Source: Acidobacteriota bacterium (lineage in GTDB: Bacteria; Acidobacteriota; UBA6911; JACQSX01). Taken from it: a stretch of DNA of 64,000 bases. The notes under the pieces were generated by a model. That model saw only the letters and a program-made list of their open reading frames with translations. It searched no databases and had not been told where the DNA came from. The translations under genes were made by a program, and so were the position numbers. Positions 40,151 to 49,954 of this stretch are shown piece by piece. Location: positions 29,391 through 93,390 of the forward strand of contig DASXQR010000097.1 in NCBI GenBank assembly GCA_036507075.1, given 5' to 3'. The number at the start of each line of letters is the position of its first letter. Within the stretch, counting starts at the first letter, position 1.

Positions 40151-40213
40151 AAGCTCTTGTTAAAAGCAAGAGGTGACGCCTCTGTTACAATGCGCGTCAG
40201 AGCCGAGGACGAT

Positions 40214-41338
40214 ATGTCACAGTTCATGGAGATTATTGAATGGTTCGATCAGACCGGAACCGAGATCGTGCATCGTATTCCGGAGCAGGGATCCGGCGAT
40301 ATCAAGTTCGGCGCGCAACTGATCATCCGCGAAAACCAGGCGGCCGTTTTTTTCCGCGATGGCAAAGGGCTGGATGTTTTCGGTGTAGGGCGACATACGC
40401 TGACCACCAGGAATCTTCCCATTCTCACCAAAGTGCTGGCGCTGCCGTGGGGCTTCAACAGCCCCTTCCGCGCCGAGGTCTGCTTTGTCAACATGAAGAT
40501 CTTCACAGACCTGCGCTGGGGAACCAAAGATCCGGTCGCGTTCAAAGACAAGGAACTCGGCCTGGTGAGGTTGCGCGCCTTTGGCGCCTTCACCATGCAG
40601 ATCACCCAACCGCTGCTGTTTATCAACACTCTGGTGGGCACGCAGGGCTCCTTCAGCACCGCTCAAGTGGAAGATTTTCTGCGGGAAGTGGTCGTTTCCC
40701 GGCTGAACGATTTTCTGGGCGAAAAAGTTGACAGCCTGTTCGATCTTCCGCAGCACTACGAGGAAATGGCTCTGGAGGTTAAAGAGAGGCTGGTTCGGGA
40801 TTTTCGGAAGTACGGCATCGAGCTGCTTGATTTTTTCATCAACCGCATCACTCCTCCCGAAGACGTGCAGAAAAGAATCGATGAGCGCTCGGGAATGGCC
40901 GCCGTGGGAAATCTTGACCGGTACTTCAAGTTCAAAGCGGCCACCGCGATGGGCGAGACTGCGTCGGGAAGCGGAAGTCCTGCTTCCGCGGGGATGGGAC
41001 TGGGGATGGGAGCGGGCATGGGCGCGCTCATTCCCGGGATGCTGTTTAATCTGATCGACGGATCCAAAATGACCGCCCGGGAAATCGCGGAACGTGGATT
41101 TGTAAATTGCCCCGAGTGCCACAGCGAAGTTCCTATCGACAGCCGGTTCTGCAGCCGGTGTGGCCATCAAATGGTGGTGATTCGAAAATGCCCGCGTTGT
41201 GACAAGAACGTCACCGCCGCTGCAAAGTTTTGCCCGGCGTGCGGCATCGACCTGAAAGCGGAGCTGGTTTGTCAGAAGTGCCAGACCAGGCTGCCGCCTG
41301 GCACCAGGTTTTGTGTGAATTGCGGAGAGAAAATTTGA
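40214..41338 (+). CDS. SPFH/Band-7 domain protein with C-terminal double zinc ribbons (YdjI-like)
   Basis: VHRIP..G..L..RENQ.AVF..DG, WGT, RAFG; six CxxC pairs. Confidence 0.88.
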   Translation: MSQFMEIIEWFDQTGTEIVHRIPEQGSGDIKFGAQLIIRENQAAVFFRDGKGLDVFGVGRHTLTTRNLPILTKVLALPWGFNSPFRAEVCFVNMKIFTDLRWGTKDPVAFKDKELGLVRLRAFGAFTMQITQPLLFINTLVGTQGSFSTAQVEDFLREVVVSRLNDFLGEKVDSLFDLPQHYEEMALEVKERLVRDFRKYGIELLDFFINRITPPEDVQKRIDERSGMAAVGNLDRYFKFKAATAMGETASGSGSPASAGMGLGMGAGMGALIPGMLFNLIDGSKMTAREIAERGFVNCPECHSEVPIDSRFCSRCGHQMVVIRKCPRCDKNVTAAAKFCPACGIDLKAELVCQKCQTRLPPGTRFCVNCGEKI

Positions 41339-41398
41339 CTGAAACTCATGTTGCATTTTCACCACAAGATTCGCCGCTTAGAGGACGCAGCCCGTTCT

Positions 41399-41517
41399 AA
41401 ATGCGGATTTCGGAATGCGGAATGCGGAATACAAGTGATTTGCTTTCGGCTTAGGACTCTGCGCGAACATGATCGGCATTCCGCACTCTGTACTCCGCAT
41501 TCCGCATTCCGCATTCC
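41399..41517. repeat. GCGGAAT/ATTCCGC heptamer element
   Basis: Inverted arms around a core containing gcttagga. Confidence 0.8.
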
Positions 41518-41583
41518 TTCGAGGCTGCAGTATTTCACTAAAAAGGCAAAGAGTTGCCGGCATCTGAGATGAAGTAAAAAGAG

Positions 41584-42990
41584 ATGGAGCGTCTCCTCGT
41601 TACTACCCAGTGCCCGACCTGCGGCGGGCCGCTTGACTTCAAAGAAGGCACAAACGCCCTGCAATGCGTCCATTGCCGCTCCAACCTTCTGGTAACGGGA
41701 CATCGACAAGTGCTGAGTTATATTCTCGAGTCCAGAATTGAGAAGCGCCATGCCGTGGATCTGACGCTGGCGGCTTTCGGCGAACGGGGGGTTCCCCCTC
41801 ACATTCTTCGATCGGAACTATATTTTGTTCCCTACTATCGTTTTACGGCTCAGGACTTTGCCTGGCAACTGCAAGATGCGGCCCACAACCGCGAATCCGA
41901 TGCTGACCGGTTTGGTTCTGACAAACCAGAGGCTATCCTCGCGGGCACCGGTGCGTTCGCGTCGCAGTCGCAGTGGCTGGGCGGCGATGGTCTTACCTTC
42001 ACCAACCGCAAAGTATCCCTCACTGCGGATCAGCAGGTTGTGTTTCGCGAACGATACGTGGAAAAGAACTATCTGGCCGCCGATCTTCCAGGATTGGGCG
42101 TCTATTCTCTGGGAGTAAGGCCGGCGGCGCTGAGACTCCGGCTCTTTCAAAAGGAGGCGCTCGAACCGGACGGAAAGGCGGTTCCCACAACGCTCTCAAT
42201 TGAACAGGCCCAGGTGCGTGGCATAAAAATGACCAGGGATTGCGATACCCTCTACCGCGAAGTGGCGGGAGCCGTCCTGTCGGTGATTTATTTTCCTTTT
42301 TGGATCGTCCAGGTGGAGGCTTCTCGAGTGCGGCAACTGGCCATCGTGGACGCGGTGGCCAAAACAATTATCCGGCTGGACGCGCCCAATTCACTTTATG
42401 ATCTCCTGAATCAGAGGTCGGACATGTTTGCCGAGGTAATCGGTTTGCGTCCACTGGTATGCCCCAACTGCGGATGGAACCTTCCCGTGAAGGCGGAAGA
42501 TATTCTGTTTTACTGCGCGCAATGCAAAAGGATCTGGCAGGTGGAAGGTAAGCAACTGTACGAGATTGCGTTTGATGTCGCCGAAGTTCAAGATTCATCA
42601 TTTGCAATGCATCTGCCGTTTTGGGATTTCCAGGCGGATAACGGCAATCGCCGGCGGCGGTTTTTCATTCCGGCCTTTCACTACCGCCGCCTGAAATTGC
42701 TGATTGACCTGGCCACGGCGATGTCGAGAAAGCATCCTGACTATAATCGATCCGCACCCGATGGACAGAACCTTCAAGGGGGGTATTATGATCGCGCCGA
42801 TGGCGAGCGCCTGGCTCGCTTTGTGGCCGCAGGCCTGCAGTTGAGGAATATTGAGGGGTATAACAATCTGAATTCGAGCGCTCTCGAATTTCCGAGCGCG
42901 ACTCTGACCTGGTTTCCGTTCCGGGAACAGGCCGGAACCCTGATCAATCCGCTGACATCGACTGGAATTCCCGCCGCGCTGCTGATCTGA
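41584..42990 (+). CDS. Zinc-ribbon protein (two CxxC-x-CxxC modules)
   Basis: CPTCG..CVHC, YFVPYY, YFPFW, CPNCG..CAQC, HLPFW. Confidence 0.75.
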   Translation: MERLLVTTQCPTCGGPLDFKEGTNALQCVHCRSNLLVTGHRQVLSYILESRIEKRHAVDLTLAAFGERGVPPHILRSELYFVPYYRFTAQDFAWQLQDAAHNRESDADRFGSDKPEAILAGTGAFASQSQWLGGDGLTFTNRKVSLTADQQVVFRERYVEKNYLAADLPGLGVYSLGVRPAALRLRLFQKEALEPDGKAVPTTLSIEQAQVRGIKMTRDCDTLYREVAGAVLSVIYFPFWIVQVEASRVRQLAIVDAVAKTIIRLDAPNSLYDLLNQRSDMFAEVIGLRPLVCPNCGWNLPVKAEDILFYCAQCKRIWQVEGKQLYEIAFDVAEVQDSSFAMHLPFWDFQADNGNRRRRFFIPAFHYRRLKLLIDLATAMSRKHPDYNRSAPDGQNLQGGYYDRADGERLARFVAAGLQLRNIEGYNNLNSSALEFPSATLTWFPFREQAGTLINPLTSTGIPAALLI

Positions 42991-42995
42991 AGAGG

Positions 42996-43137
42996 CACCA
43001 CAAAGACACCAAGGCACAAAGGAAGACGAGGGGTAGAGAGAGGCCGGTCAGCCATACGATTGAGCGTTCGCAGGGCATTAATGGCTGACCGGCCTCTCCC
43101 TACCCCTCGTCCTTTGTGCCTTGGTGTCTTTGTGGTG
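42996..43137. repeat. Nested palindrome: GTAG-type inverted repeat inside CACCACAAAG arms
   Basis: caccacaaagacaccaaggcacaaagg / cctttgtgccttggtgtctttgtggtg; inner ggggtagagagaggccggtcagccat / atggctgaccggcctctccctacccc. Confidence 0.85.
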
Positions 43138-43400
43138 AAGAATTCTTGGCGAACTTTTGCAATCAGATACTAGTCATTCGGATAGCCAGGCAATCTGATT
43201 GGTTTTCGCGTTCTTCGCGCCTTCGCGGTGAAATCTACTTTTTTCGGCATCTCACATGACTGAAATTGTCCAACTTCAGTAGAAAAAAGACCTTCCGGCG
43301 CTAAAAGTTCCGACCGCAGGTACCTGCACGCCTCCGACTGTCAGGATTTTCCGATGTTTGAACGGCGCAAGACTGAGCTTGGTGTCAATGGATTCAGCAA

Positions 43401-43458
43401 AATCAACAACTTAGCCGGATTTGGGAAAGATTGTCGCCTGATCGGTACAGAGCGTGCT
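43401..43458 (+). promoter_or_regulatory. IHF site plus candidate sigma-54 promoter
   Basis: AATCAACAACTTA matches WATCAANNNNTTR; cGGTAC-agagc-gTGCt has GG-N10-GC spacing. Confidence 0.5.
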
Positions 43459-43523
43459 TTCTATCCTAAGGAACGAATCCCAAGGTGAAATTTTTACCGA
43501 TGTCTCTTCACCGAGGAGGCTTT

Positions 43524-44606
43524 ATGGGAGATCCGATCACCGGTTGGAGGTCTTCGAAAACAGGCACACCGGCGCTGATTCTGTTGCTGCTGTTCCTCTG
43601 TTTTCCTTCAAACAGTTACGGCCAGCTTGTCATTCCTCACTTGGCCTACGGCGGGGAATGGAGCACGACGCTTCTGATCCGAAATGACAAGGACTTTGAG
43701 AGGCCCGCCGTCATCACGCTGTTGCTCGATTCAGGCGAGACGAAAACGTTGACTCTGACGGTGCCTGCCAAGGGCATTTCTAAACTGGAGCTGGCGAATG
43801 CCGAACTGCAACCGGTCGCCGGGGCGGCCAGTATTAACGGACCCGGACTGAGCATTGACGTCACATTGCGCAATGCAACTTCCTCGGTCGGATTTTCGCC
43901 GTCAATACTGATGAAAAAGTTCCGGATCTTCTGGGACAAAACCATCGAGTCTGACACCGGTTTTGCTTTTTACGCGCCGGCCTCTTTCGCCGGGGCAAAA
44001 TTCACGGCAAAGGCTGTCGATTCCGGCGGCCAGTTGGTGGGGAGCGTCGAACGAGCGGTCGTCGCCAGGACGCACCGCGCGGAATTGTTCAGCGACATGT
44101 TCAGTCTGTTCAACAGCGAAGCACGCACGGTTGAAGTGGAAAGTGACGTGCCGCTGTTTGTGCTGGCCTTGAGCATCTCAAAAGGGAGAGTCGCTTCTGT
44201 CCCCGTGCGCTCTCTGATCGAGCCGATCCGGGCAACATTCATATTCACGGTAAACAACCAGGAAAAGAAATTCGAAATACCCGGGTTGGCACAGAACCTT
44301 TACTCCGGATACCCCGAATTGCTGTTTCAGTTCGATTCCCAATCGGATTATGTTTATTTGCCGGGCGAAAGCGATAATTTCACGCCGGGCAAGATTAATC
44401 TCTCATATTACGGGTATCCCACTCTTGAAGCTCTGACAGGAAGGAAAAGCGCAGTCCTGCTGATAAACCTCAATAATCCGATGCTGGCAAACCCCAAAGG
44501 CTTCGCCCAGGGTTTCAAACCTGATTCCCTGGACGGAACTGTGACACTGACGACTGACGACGGATCCGTATCCTTGAAGGGTAAACTGTTAATTACTCCC
44601 CGATAG
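43524..44606 (+). CDS. Secreted beta-rich hypothetical protein
   Basis: GAGGAGG RBS, signal peptide, IPHLAYGGEWSTTLLIRN and DTGFAF motifs. Confidence 0.75.
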   Translation: MGDPITGWRSSKTGTPALILLLLFLCFPSNSYGQLVIPHLAYGGEWSTTLLIRNDKDFERPAVITLLLDSGETKTLTLTVPAKGISKLELANAELQPVAGAASINGPGLSIDVTLRNATSSVGFSPSILMKKFRIFWDKTIESDTGFAFYAPASFAGAKFTAKAVDSGGQLVGSVERAVVARTHRAELFSDMFSLFNSEARTVEVESDVPLFVLALSISKGRVASVPVRSLIEPIRATFIFTVNNQEKKFEIPGLAQNLYSGYPELLFQFDSQSDYVYLPGESDNFTPGKINLSYYGYPTLEALTGRKSAVLLINLNNPMLANPKGFAQGFKPDSLDGTVTLTTDDGSVSLKGKLLITPR

Positions 44607-45044
44607 CTACGGTTCTTCTTCGCCTGAATCCCTGTCGCTATAACCCCGGCCGCTCTCCTCAGAGCCGCGTCGCGAACTCTCATAGGTTTCTTCAGACGTG
44701 GGACTCCCAAGGCCCCTTGGCATTTCGGGTGCCTGCCTTTCCGGCGGTGCCATAGGGGCGGCCGGAGTTGCGGCAGGGCGCGGCGTTGGGGATTTCATTG
44801 GACGCGCCGCGGTAGCTTTCTTCCGCGGAGCCTTTGCGGCGCTGCGGGTGGATTTCCTTGCCGTGGCTTTCCTGGCTGCGGAGCGTTTCGTCGCTGTGCC
44901 CCGGCGAGCCGACTTCTTTTTGGCTGCCGACCTTCTAGATGCCGCAGCGCGACTGCTCTTTGCAGTCTTCCTGGCCTTCGATGAACGCTTGGATCTCCTG
45001 CTCGCGGAAGTAGAGCGCTTTTTCTTCGATTTCTTTGTAGCCAT
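44607..45044 (-). CDS. Histone H1-like basic protein
   Basis: GGAGGAG RBS; K/R/A/S-rich N-terminal two-thirds, acidic tail. Confidence 0.75.
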   Translation of the reverse strand: MATKKSKKKRSTSASRRSKRSSKARKTAKSSRAAASRRSAAKKKSARRGTATKRSAARKATARKSTRSAAKAPRKKATAARPMKSPTPRPAATPAAPMAPPERQAPEMPRGLGSPTSEETYESSRRGSEESGRGYSDRDSGEEEP

Positions 45045-45175
45045 TTGCGATGCTCCTCCAGAAATTTTGCTAATAGTATAGGACTGAATTTACAGAAGTC
45101 TGCACAAAACTAAAATAAAATACGCTAAAAAAATGGAGCTGGAGCGCTCCGTAATCTTCCCATTGGCTGAATTGT

Positions 45176-45188
45176 AAGTTGTTGATAA
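45176..45188 (-). promoter_or_regulatory. IHF consensus site between divergent genes
   Basis: Minus strand TATCAACAACTTA. Confidence 0.45.
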
Positions 45189-45246
45189 ATCGTTGCCTTA
45201 GACAGCATTTCTGGCACAATAGAGTGTTATCTACAAGGAGGTTATC

Positions 45247-45705
45247 TTGCCAAAGGCGAATCCACAGGTTCTGAAAGCGTTGACCAAGGCTTACGAAATG
45301 GAGTTGGAAACCGCAGTTAATTATCTGGCGCAGTCGATCAATCTCGATGGAGTGCGCGCCGAAGAAATTAAAAAGGCGATGGCCGCCGACATTCAAGCCG
45401 AGATCGGACATGCGCAACTAATCGGGAATCGGATCAAGCAGTTGGGTGGGACAGTTCCGGGAAGTCTCACGCTGCATTTCAACCAGAAACTGCTGCAACC
45501 CAGCCCCGATCCCACCGACGTGGTGGCAGTAATCAAAGGCGTGATTGCATCGGAAACCGAAGCCATCAAAACCTACAACACCATCATCAAACTTTCCGAC
45601 GGCAGAGATTACGTTACACAGGATATATGCATCAAGACTCTGGCCGACGAAGAAGGACATCTCAGCCTGTTCAACGGCTTCTTGAAGGAATACGAAAAAA
45701 AATAG
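45247..45705 (+). CDS. Ferritin-like (bacterioferritin-type) di-iron protein
   Basis: AGGAGG RBS + TTG; E...Y, E.GHA...RI..LGG, E..AI..Y, DEEGH. Confidence 0.88.
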   Translation: MPKANPQVLKALTKAYEMELETAVNYLAQSINLDGVRAEEIKKAMAADIQAEIGHAQLIGNRIKQLGGTVPGSLTLHFNQKLLQPSPDPTDVVAVIKGVIASETEAIKTYNTIIKLSDGRDYVTQDICIKTLADEEGHLSLFNGFLKEYEKK

Positions 45706-45922
45706 GTCCGTGGTGGTCGGTGGTCCGTGGTCCGTGGTCAGTTGTCCATGGTTAGTTGTCAGTTGTCAGTGGTAGTCAGTGGTCAATGGTCGGTTGACGG
45801 GTTTACGTAAAGGCATGTTGCCAAATCCGAACCGCGCGTAAAGGCATGTTGCCAAAATCCGCAGCGGACAACTGACAACGGACTACGACCACTGACTACG
45901 GACCACTGACTACGGACCACAA
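45706..45922. repeat. GTGGTC(C/A)/GTTGTCA heptamer inverted arms with an internal ~24-bp direct repeat
   Basis: Arms ggtccgtggtcagttgtc / gacaacggactacgacc; cgtaaaggcatgttgccaaa(a)tccg x2. Confidence 0.8.
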
Positions 45923-45923
45923 C

Positions 45924-46898
45924 TTAACTTAGCCCGTAATAATCTTCCTCGCCCGGCTCCAGATCGTATTTCTCCCACAATGTGGCATAGCCGCGCAGAT
46001 TGCGCAGGATCTCCCTTACCGCTTCGGCGTCGTGCTTGAAAATGACATTGAAATTGATGGCCGGGGCGCCGCGATCGATTAGTTCTTCGGCAATCAGCGT
46101 TGCCTGATCAACCGCAAATCGGAATAAGTCTTCCCGCGGCAGAGTCTCCAGGCGTGAGCGGATGTGTTTGGGAACCGGGACATGAATCTTATTCTCCAGA
46201 AACTCGGCGCGCCGGGGACTGTTCAAAGGAATCACGGAAGGCACCATCGGCACGTCGACTGCGGAAGACTGAGCCGCATCAAGATAAAGTGAATAGCGAA
46301 CGGGATCATTTACGATGTTGCACATAATCCCGCCTGCGCCGGCATCCGCCTTTTTTTTCTGGAAAACAAAGTGGCGGAGCAACTGATCCTCGGGAAATTC
46401 CGGATGTCCGGCAATCCAGATATCCAGCGGAATCTTCCTGCCCGTTTCAGAACCATCCAACAGCTTCCCATCACGATATTGCGCCGCAAGGCTCACCAGT
46501 TCAGGAGTAAAATATTTATACGAATCGACTGTCCTGGAAGCGCCAGGCGTTGGGTCTCCGCGCAGAACCAGCAGATCGGAGACATTGCATTTTTCCATGC
46601 TGGTCAGGTGCTCGTAGAGGCTGCGCGCAGATCCCTCGTCGCGCGCCGTCAGGTGCACGATGATGGGTTTCTGCACAACCACCTGGCGGATGTCGCGTAC
46701 GATGGCAAGCGGGTTCAGCTTAAAGCTGCCGCCCGTGTTGTTCGTGACGGCCAAACCCTGCAGGTCAAGGTCCTTGATGATGTCGAGGACTTCCATGGTC
46801 TTGCGCATTCCTTCAAAATGCACAGGAGGACTGATTTCCACGCTGAACGCCGGCTTATTCTGCTGTTGAAAATTCCTGATAACGGAGATTAGGGCCAT
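45924..46898 (-). CDS. metF: Methylenetetrahydrofolate reductase family protein
   Basis: SVEISPP, HLTAR, LVLRGDP, AGHPE, KK..AGA. Confidence 0.75.
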   Translation of the reverse strand: MALISVIRNFQQQNKPAFSVEISPPVHFEGMRKTMEVLDIIKDLDLQGLAVTNNTGGSFKLNPLAIVRDIRQVVVQKPIIVHLTARDEGSARSLYEHLTSMEKCNVSDLLVLRGDPTPGASRTVDSYKYFTPELVSLAAQYRDGKLLDGSETGRKIPLDIWIAGHPEFPEDQLLRHFVFQKKKADAGAGGIMCNIVNDPVRYSLYLDAAQSSAVDVPMVPSVIPLNSPRRAEFLENKIHVPVPKHIRSRLETLPREDLFRFAVDQATLIAEELIDRGAPAINFNVIFKHDAEAVREILRNLRGYATLWEKYDLEPGEEDYYGLS

Positions 46899-47059
46899 AA
46901 CGGCAGGTTGTCAGTTTTGCCGCGTATCGATTCGAGAAGTACCGGCGGATTTACGGGCTCCCGGCTTATAAAGCTTCCGCGTCTTCCCAGTGATGGACGA
47001 GCTGATACCTGATAATGAGAGTAACAGCATTGCCCGAGAAAGGTCAAAGGAGGGCAAGC

Positions 47060-47407
47060 GTGAAAAAAGAGAACCGCGAAGACGCGAAGCGCGCGAAGGG
47101 ATCCGGCGGCGGGACGTTTTTTATCATCCATGAAGCGATTCGCGGTATTAAGAAGGGCCGCATCCGAACGTATGGAGAAGTGGCGCAGCAGGCCGGCGTC
47201 AGCGTTCGCACCGTTGTGTGGGCGCTGAAAAGCTGCCCTGCCGGCGTTCCCTGGCACCGTGTAGTGGGAAAGGGAGGCAAAATCGTTCTGGCATCGCGCT
47301 CCCCGTTGCTCGGAGCCAGGCAGGCTCATCTACTTTCCCTTGAAGGTTGGACGGTATCCGATTGGCAAATCCACCACAAACGCGCAAAGAGAGCATCTAG
47401 TACTTAA
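47060..47407 (+). CDS. Alkyltransferase-like (ATL/YbaZ) DNA-binding protein
   Basis: TYGEVA, R.V, PWHRVV (W in place of the catalytic C), Q..LL..EG; GGAGG RBS + GTG. Confidence 0.85.
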   Translation: MKKENREDAKRAKGSGGGTFFIIHEAIRGIKKGRIRTYGEVAQQAGVSVRTVVWALKSCPAGVPWHRVVGKGGKIVLASRSPLLGARQAHLLSLEGWTVSDWQIHHKRAKRASST

Positions 47408-47665
47408 ATTCCAAGAATTCGAGCAAGAATCTTTTCGCCACAAAGCCAAACCGTTGCTAATCAATGGTTTCGAGGATTTCTGCAAAACCTTAACCGGACA
47501 GTAGTGATAATGGATACTGATGAACCAACGACCGATATCCAATAATGACCGAACACTGTTGGCAGATGACCGATAGCCTCGGCTGCATCGCGCCTTGGGC
47601 GGTTTGATTTTCTGTCCATTTCTAACTATATTCGCGAAAGGGGCGCTTATCAGTGGGGATGTAAC

Positions 47666-48982
47666 ATGATCTCGCGAATTTTCGCTGCCGCCGCTATTGT
47701 AGCCTGTCTGGTGCTCTACCCGACGCGGGTCACAGACTCGCGGGTGGTGGTCCCGCCGGAGCCCGCGCAGGTTCGCGTCCTCGCTTGCGAATCCTTCAAG
47801 ACCTCGCTGGATGAGCTGACCCGCTATGACATTGACCCGGCCCAACAGGGAGTTCTCATTGAATCGCTGGACGGGAGAATCGTCGCAGTCAGCCACAATC
47901 CCGAATTGCTTCTGAATTCGGCTTCCGTGACAAAGCTTGCCACTTCTTATTTCGCTCTTTGGAAACTCGGCCCGGACTATCAGTTTGTCACGCGAGCCGG
48001 CATTCGCGGGGAACTTGACCCGCACTCACAAACGGTTCGGGGTGATCTGGTGGTGTACAGCGAAGGTGACCCGCTTTTTCGAAACTCAGAGGCGCGGGAG
48101 CTGGCCGCCCAGATACTCAATACCGACATACGCTCGGTTACCGGTAATCTCGTGATCGTCGGGCCCGTCTGCCTGAATGGAAATTACACTACCGAAAAAT
48201 CCTCCGCGCAACTGGCGGCTCTTTTTCGCCGTGCCGGAATTCAAATCTCAGGGGAACTGGTGCTCGAAGACATTTCTCCGATGGCGCACAAGCCCGACAC
48301 CGCGCCAAGGCCGGATTCGCGGGCAGGGGCGATACAGACAGTCTGGCTTGTTGAGCACAAAGGTATTCCGCTGCACCAGTTGTTGTGGCATCAGAACGCC
48401 CATAGTGTCAACGTGATCGCCGACAGGCTGAACAGCGCGCTGGGAGGCCCCCTGGCGATGGAAGATTTCCTGACGCGCGAGGTCAGAATACCGGCCGATC
48501 AAATCCACCTCACTCGTGGCTCCGGGCTGGACGACAATGCGATGACGTCGCGCGCCACGATTCATCTGCTTAAATCGCTCCATGGCTGGCTGGTAGGACA
48601 TAAGATGACCTATCTGGACATCCTTCCCGCCGCCGGCATTGATGAGGGCACGCTGTCAGACCGTTTCCGAAGCGATGCGTATCGTGGATCTGTAATCGGC
48701 AAAACAGGAACTCAAAGCTCGTGGGACCAGGGCGTGAGCACTCTGGCCGGCGTTATAAACACGCGGCGCGGTCTCTTCTTGTTTGCCATCTACAACAGCC
48801 ACGCAGACATCCGCAATTGCCGGAAGTGGCAGGATCGGTTCCTGGAGAGTTTTGCGGATGAAATGGGAGGCGCTCTGGCATTCAAGCAGGAGCCCCGCGA
48901 AAGAGCGGATATTTATTACTCCGGAATTTGGCAATCCCTCCAAAGTCTGAGCCCCAGGTCGATGACGCAGGCCGCAGAATAG
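47666..48982 (+). CDS. dacB: D-Ala-D-Ala carboxypeptidase/endopeptidase (peptidase S13)
   Basis: ASVTK (SxxK), SVN, GSGL, KTGT. Confidence 0.88.
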   Translation: MISRIFAAAAIVACLVLYPTRVTDSRVVVPPEPAQVRVLACESFKTSLDELTRYDIDPAQQGVLIESLDGRIVAVSHNPELLLNSASVTKLATSYFALWKLGPDYQFVTRAGIRGELDPHSQTVRGDLVVYSEGDPLFRNSEARELAAQILNTDIRSVTGNLVIVGPVCLNGNYTTEKSSAQLAALFRRAGIQISGELVLEDISPMAHKPDTAPRPDSRAGAIQTVWLVEHKGIPLHQLLWHQNAHSVNVIADRLNSALGGPLAMEDFLTREVRIPADQIHLTRGSGLDDNAMTSRATIHLLKSLHGWLVGHKMTYLDILPAAGIDEGTLSDRFRSDAYRGSVIGKTGTQSSWDQGVSTLAGVINTRRGLFLFAIYNSHADIRNCRKWQDRFLESFADEMGGALAFKQEPRERADIYYSGIWQSLQSLSPRSMTQAAE

Positions 48983-48988
48983 CCCGTT

Positions 48989-49192
48989 TCCGAATGCGGA
49001 TTTCGGAATGTTTTCAAATGCGGAATTCGGAATGCGGAATGCTTTCAAGTTAAGGATTTCGAAGCTGAGACACAATTACTCACTATTCCGCATCCCGTAT
49101 TCGTAATTCCGTATCTGGAAGTATTCTGCATTTCGCATTCCAATCCCGCATTCCAATTCCGCATTCCGCATTCCGCATTCCGCATTCCGAAA
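48989..49192. repeat. GCGGAAT/ATTCCGC heptamer element
   Basis: Inverted heptamer arms; core caagttaaggatttcgaagct. Confidence 0.8.
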
Positions 49193-49228
49193 GTCCCCTT
49201 GTGATAGATTCTTCCGCCAGTACACGCT

Positions 49229-49936
49229 ATGCATCGGGAGTATGGACACTGGCAGAGTCCCAGTCTGGGCCGCAGAATGGAGTATCTGATCTTCGGTTCC
49301 GCGGGGCAGCCCTACCTGTTGTTCCCTACGTCAATGGGGCGCTTTTATCAGTACGAAGACTTTTCACTGGTGCAGGCGCTGGCTGAAAAAATTCACCAAA
49401 ACCGGATCCAGCTTTTCTGCGTAGACAGCGTTGACGCAGAAAGCTGGTACAACAAAGCCGTCAGCCCGCCGGCGCGCGCCGCTCGCCACCATCAGTACGA
49501 AGCCTATATTCTTTCCGAATTTCTCCCTTTTATACGCAGCCGGAACCGGTCGCCGCTTGCGGTTGCGGGCTGCAGTTTCGGCGCTTACCACACCGCCAAC
49601 ATTGCGTTCCGACACCCGCAACAGTTCTCGCGTGCCATTGCAATCAGCGGCAAGTACGATCTCCATAACCTGGCAGACGGCTACTTTGATCAGGACTTCT
49701 ACTTCAACAGCCCTCTGGATTTTCTGCCGAATCTCAACGATCCTTTTTACCTCGATCCAATGCGGGCCCTGGATCTTGTGCTGCTGTCGGGTGATCAGAG
49801 CGACATCTGCTTTTACAGCACACTGCAACTGGCGCGCGTTCTGAGCCAGAAAGGAATCCGGCATACGTTGGACATCTGGCCCGGCGCAGTGCATGATTGG
49901 CCAGTCTGGAAGGAGATGGCTCGGAAGCATTTTTAG
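49229..49936 (+). CDS. Alpha/beta-hydrolase esterase family protein
   Basis: FPTSMG, DSVD.ESW, GCSFGA, HDWP.W. Confidence 0.88.
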   Translation: MHREYGHWQSPSLGRRMEYLIFGSAGQPYLLFPTSMGRFYQYEDFSLVQALAEKIHQNRIQLFCVDSVDAESWYNKAVSPPARAARHHQYEAYILSEFLPFIRSRNRSPLAVAGCSFGAYHTANIAFRHPQQFSRAIAISGKYDLHNLADGYFDQDFYFNSPLDFLPNLNDPFYLDPMRALDLVLLSGDQSDICFYSTLQLARVLSQKGIRHTLDIWPGAVHDWPVWKEMARKHF

Positions 49937-49954
49937 CGCTATGACGATGCTGAT

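Noticed and set aside
45212..45230. TGGCAC upstream of the ferritin-like gene as a sigma-54 promoter
   Set aside because: No GC at the required GG-N10-GC spacing.
46899..47015. SAM/SAH riboswitch upstream of metF (also checked upstream of the MetE-like gene)
   Set aside because: No recognisable conserved core by eye; an Rfam/Infernal scan would be needed to exclude it fully.
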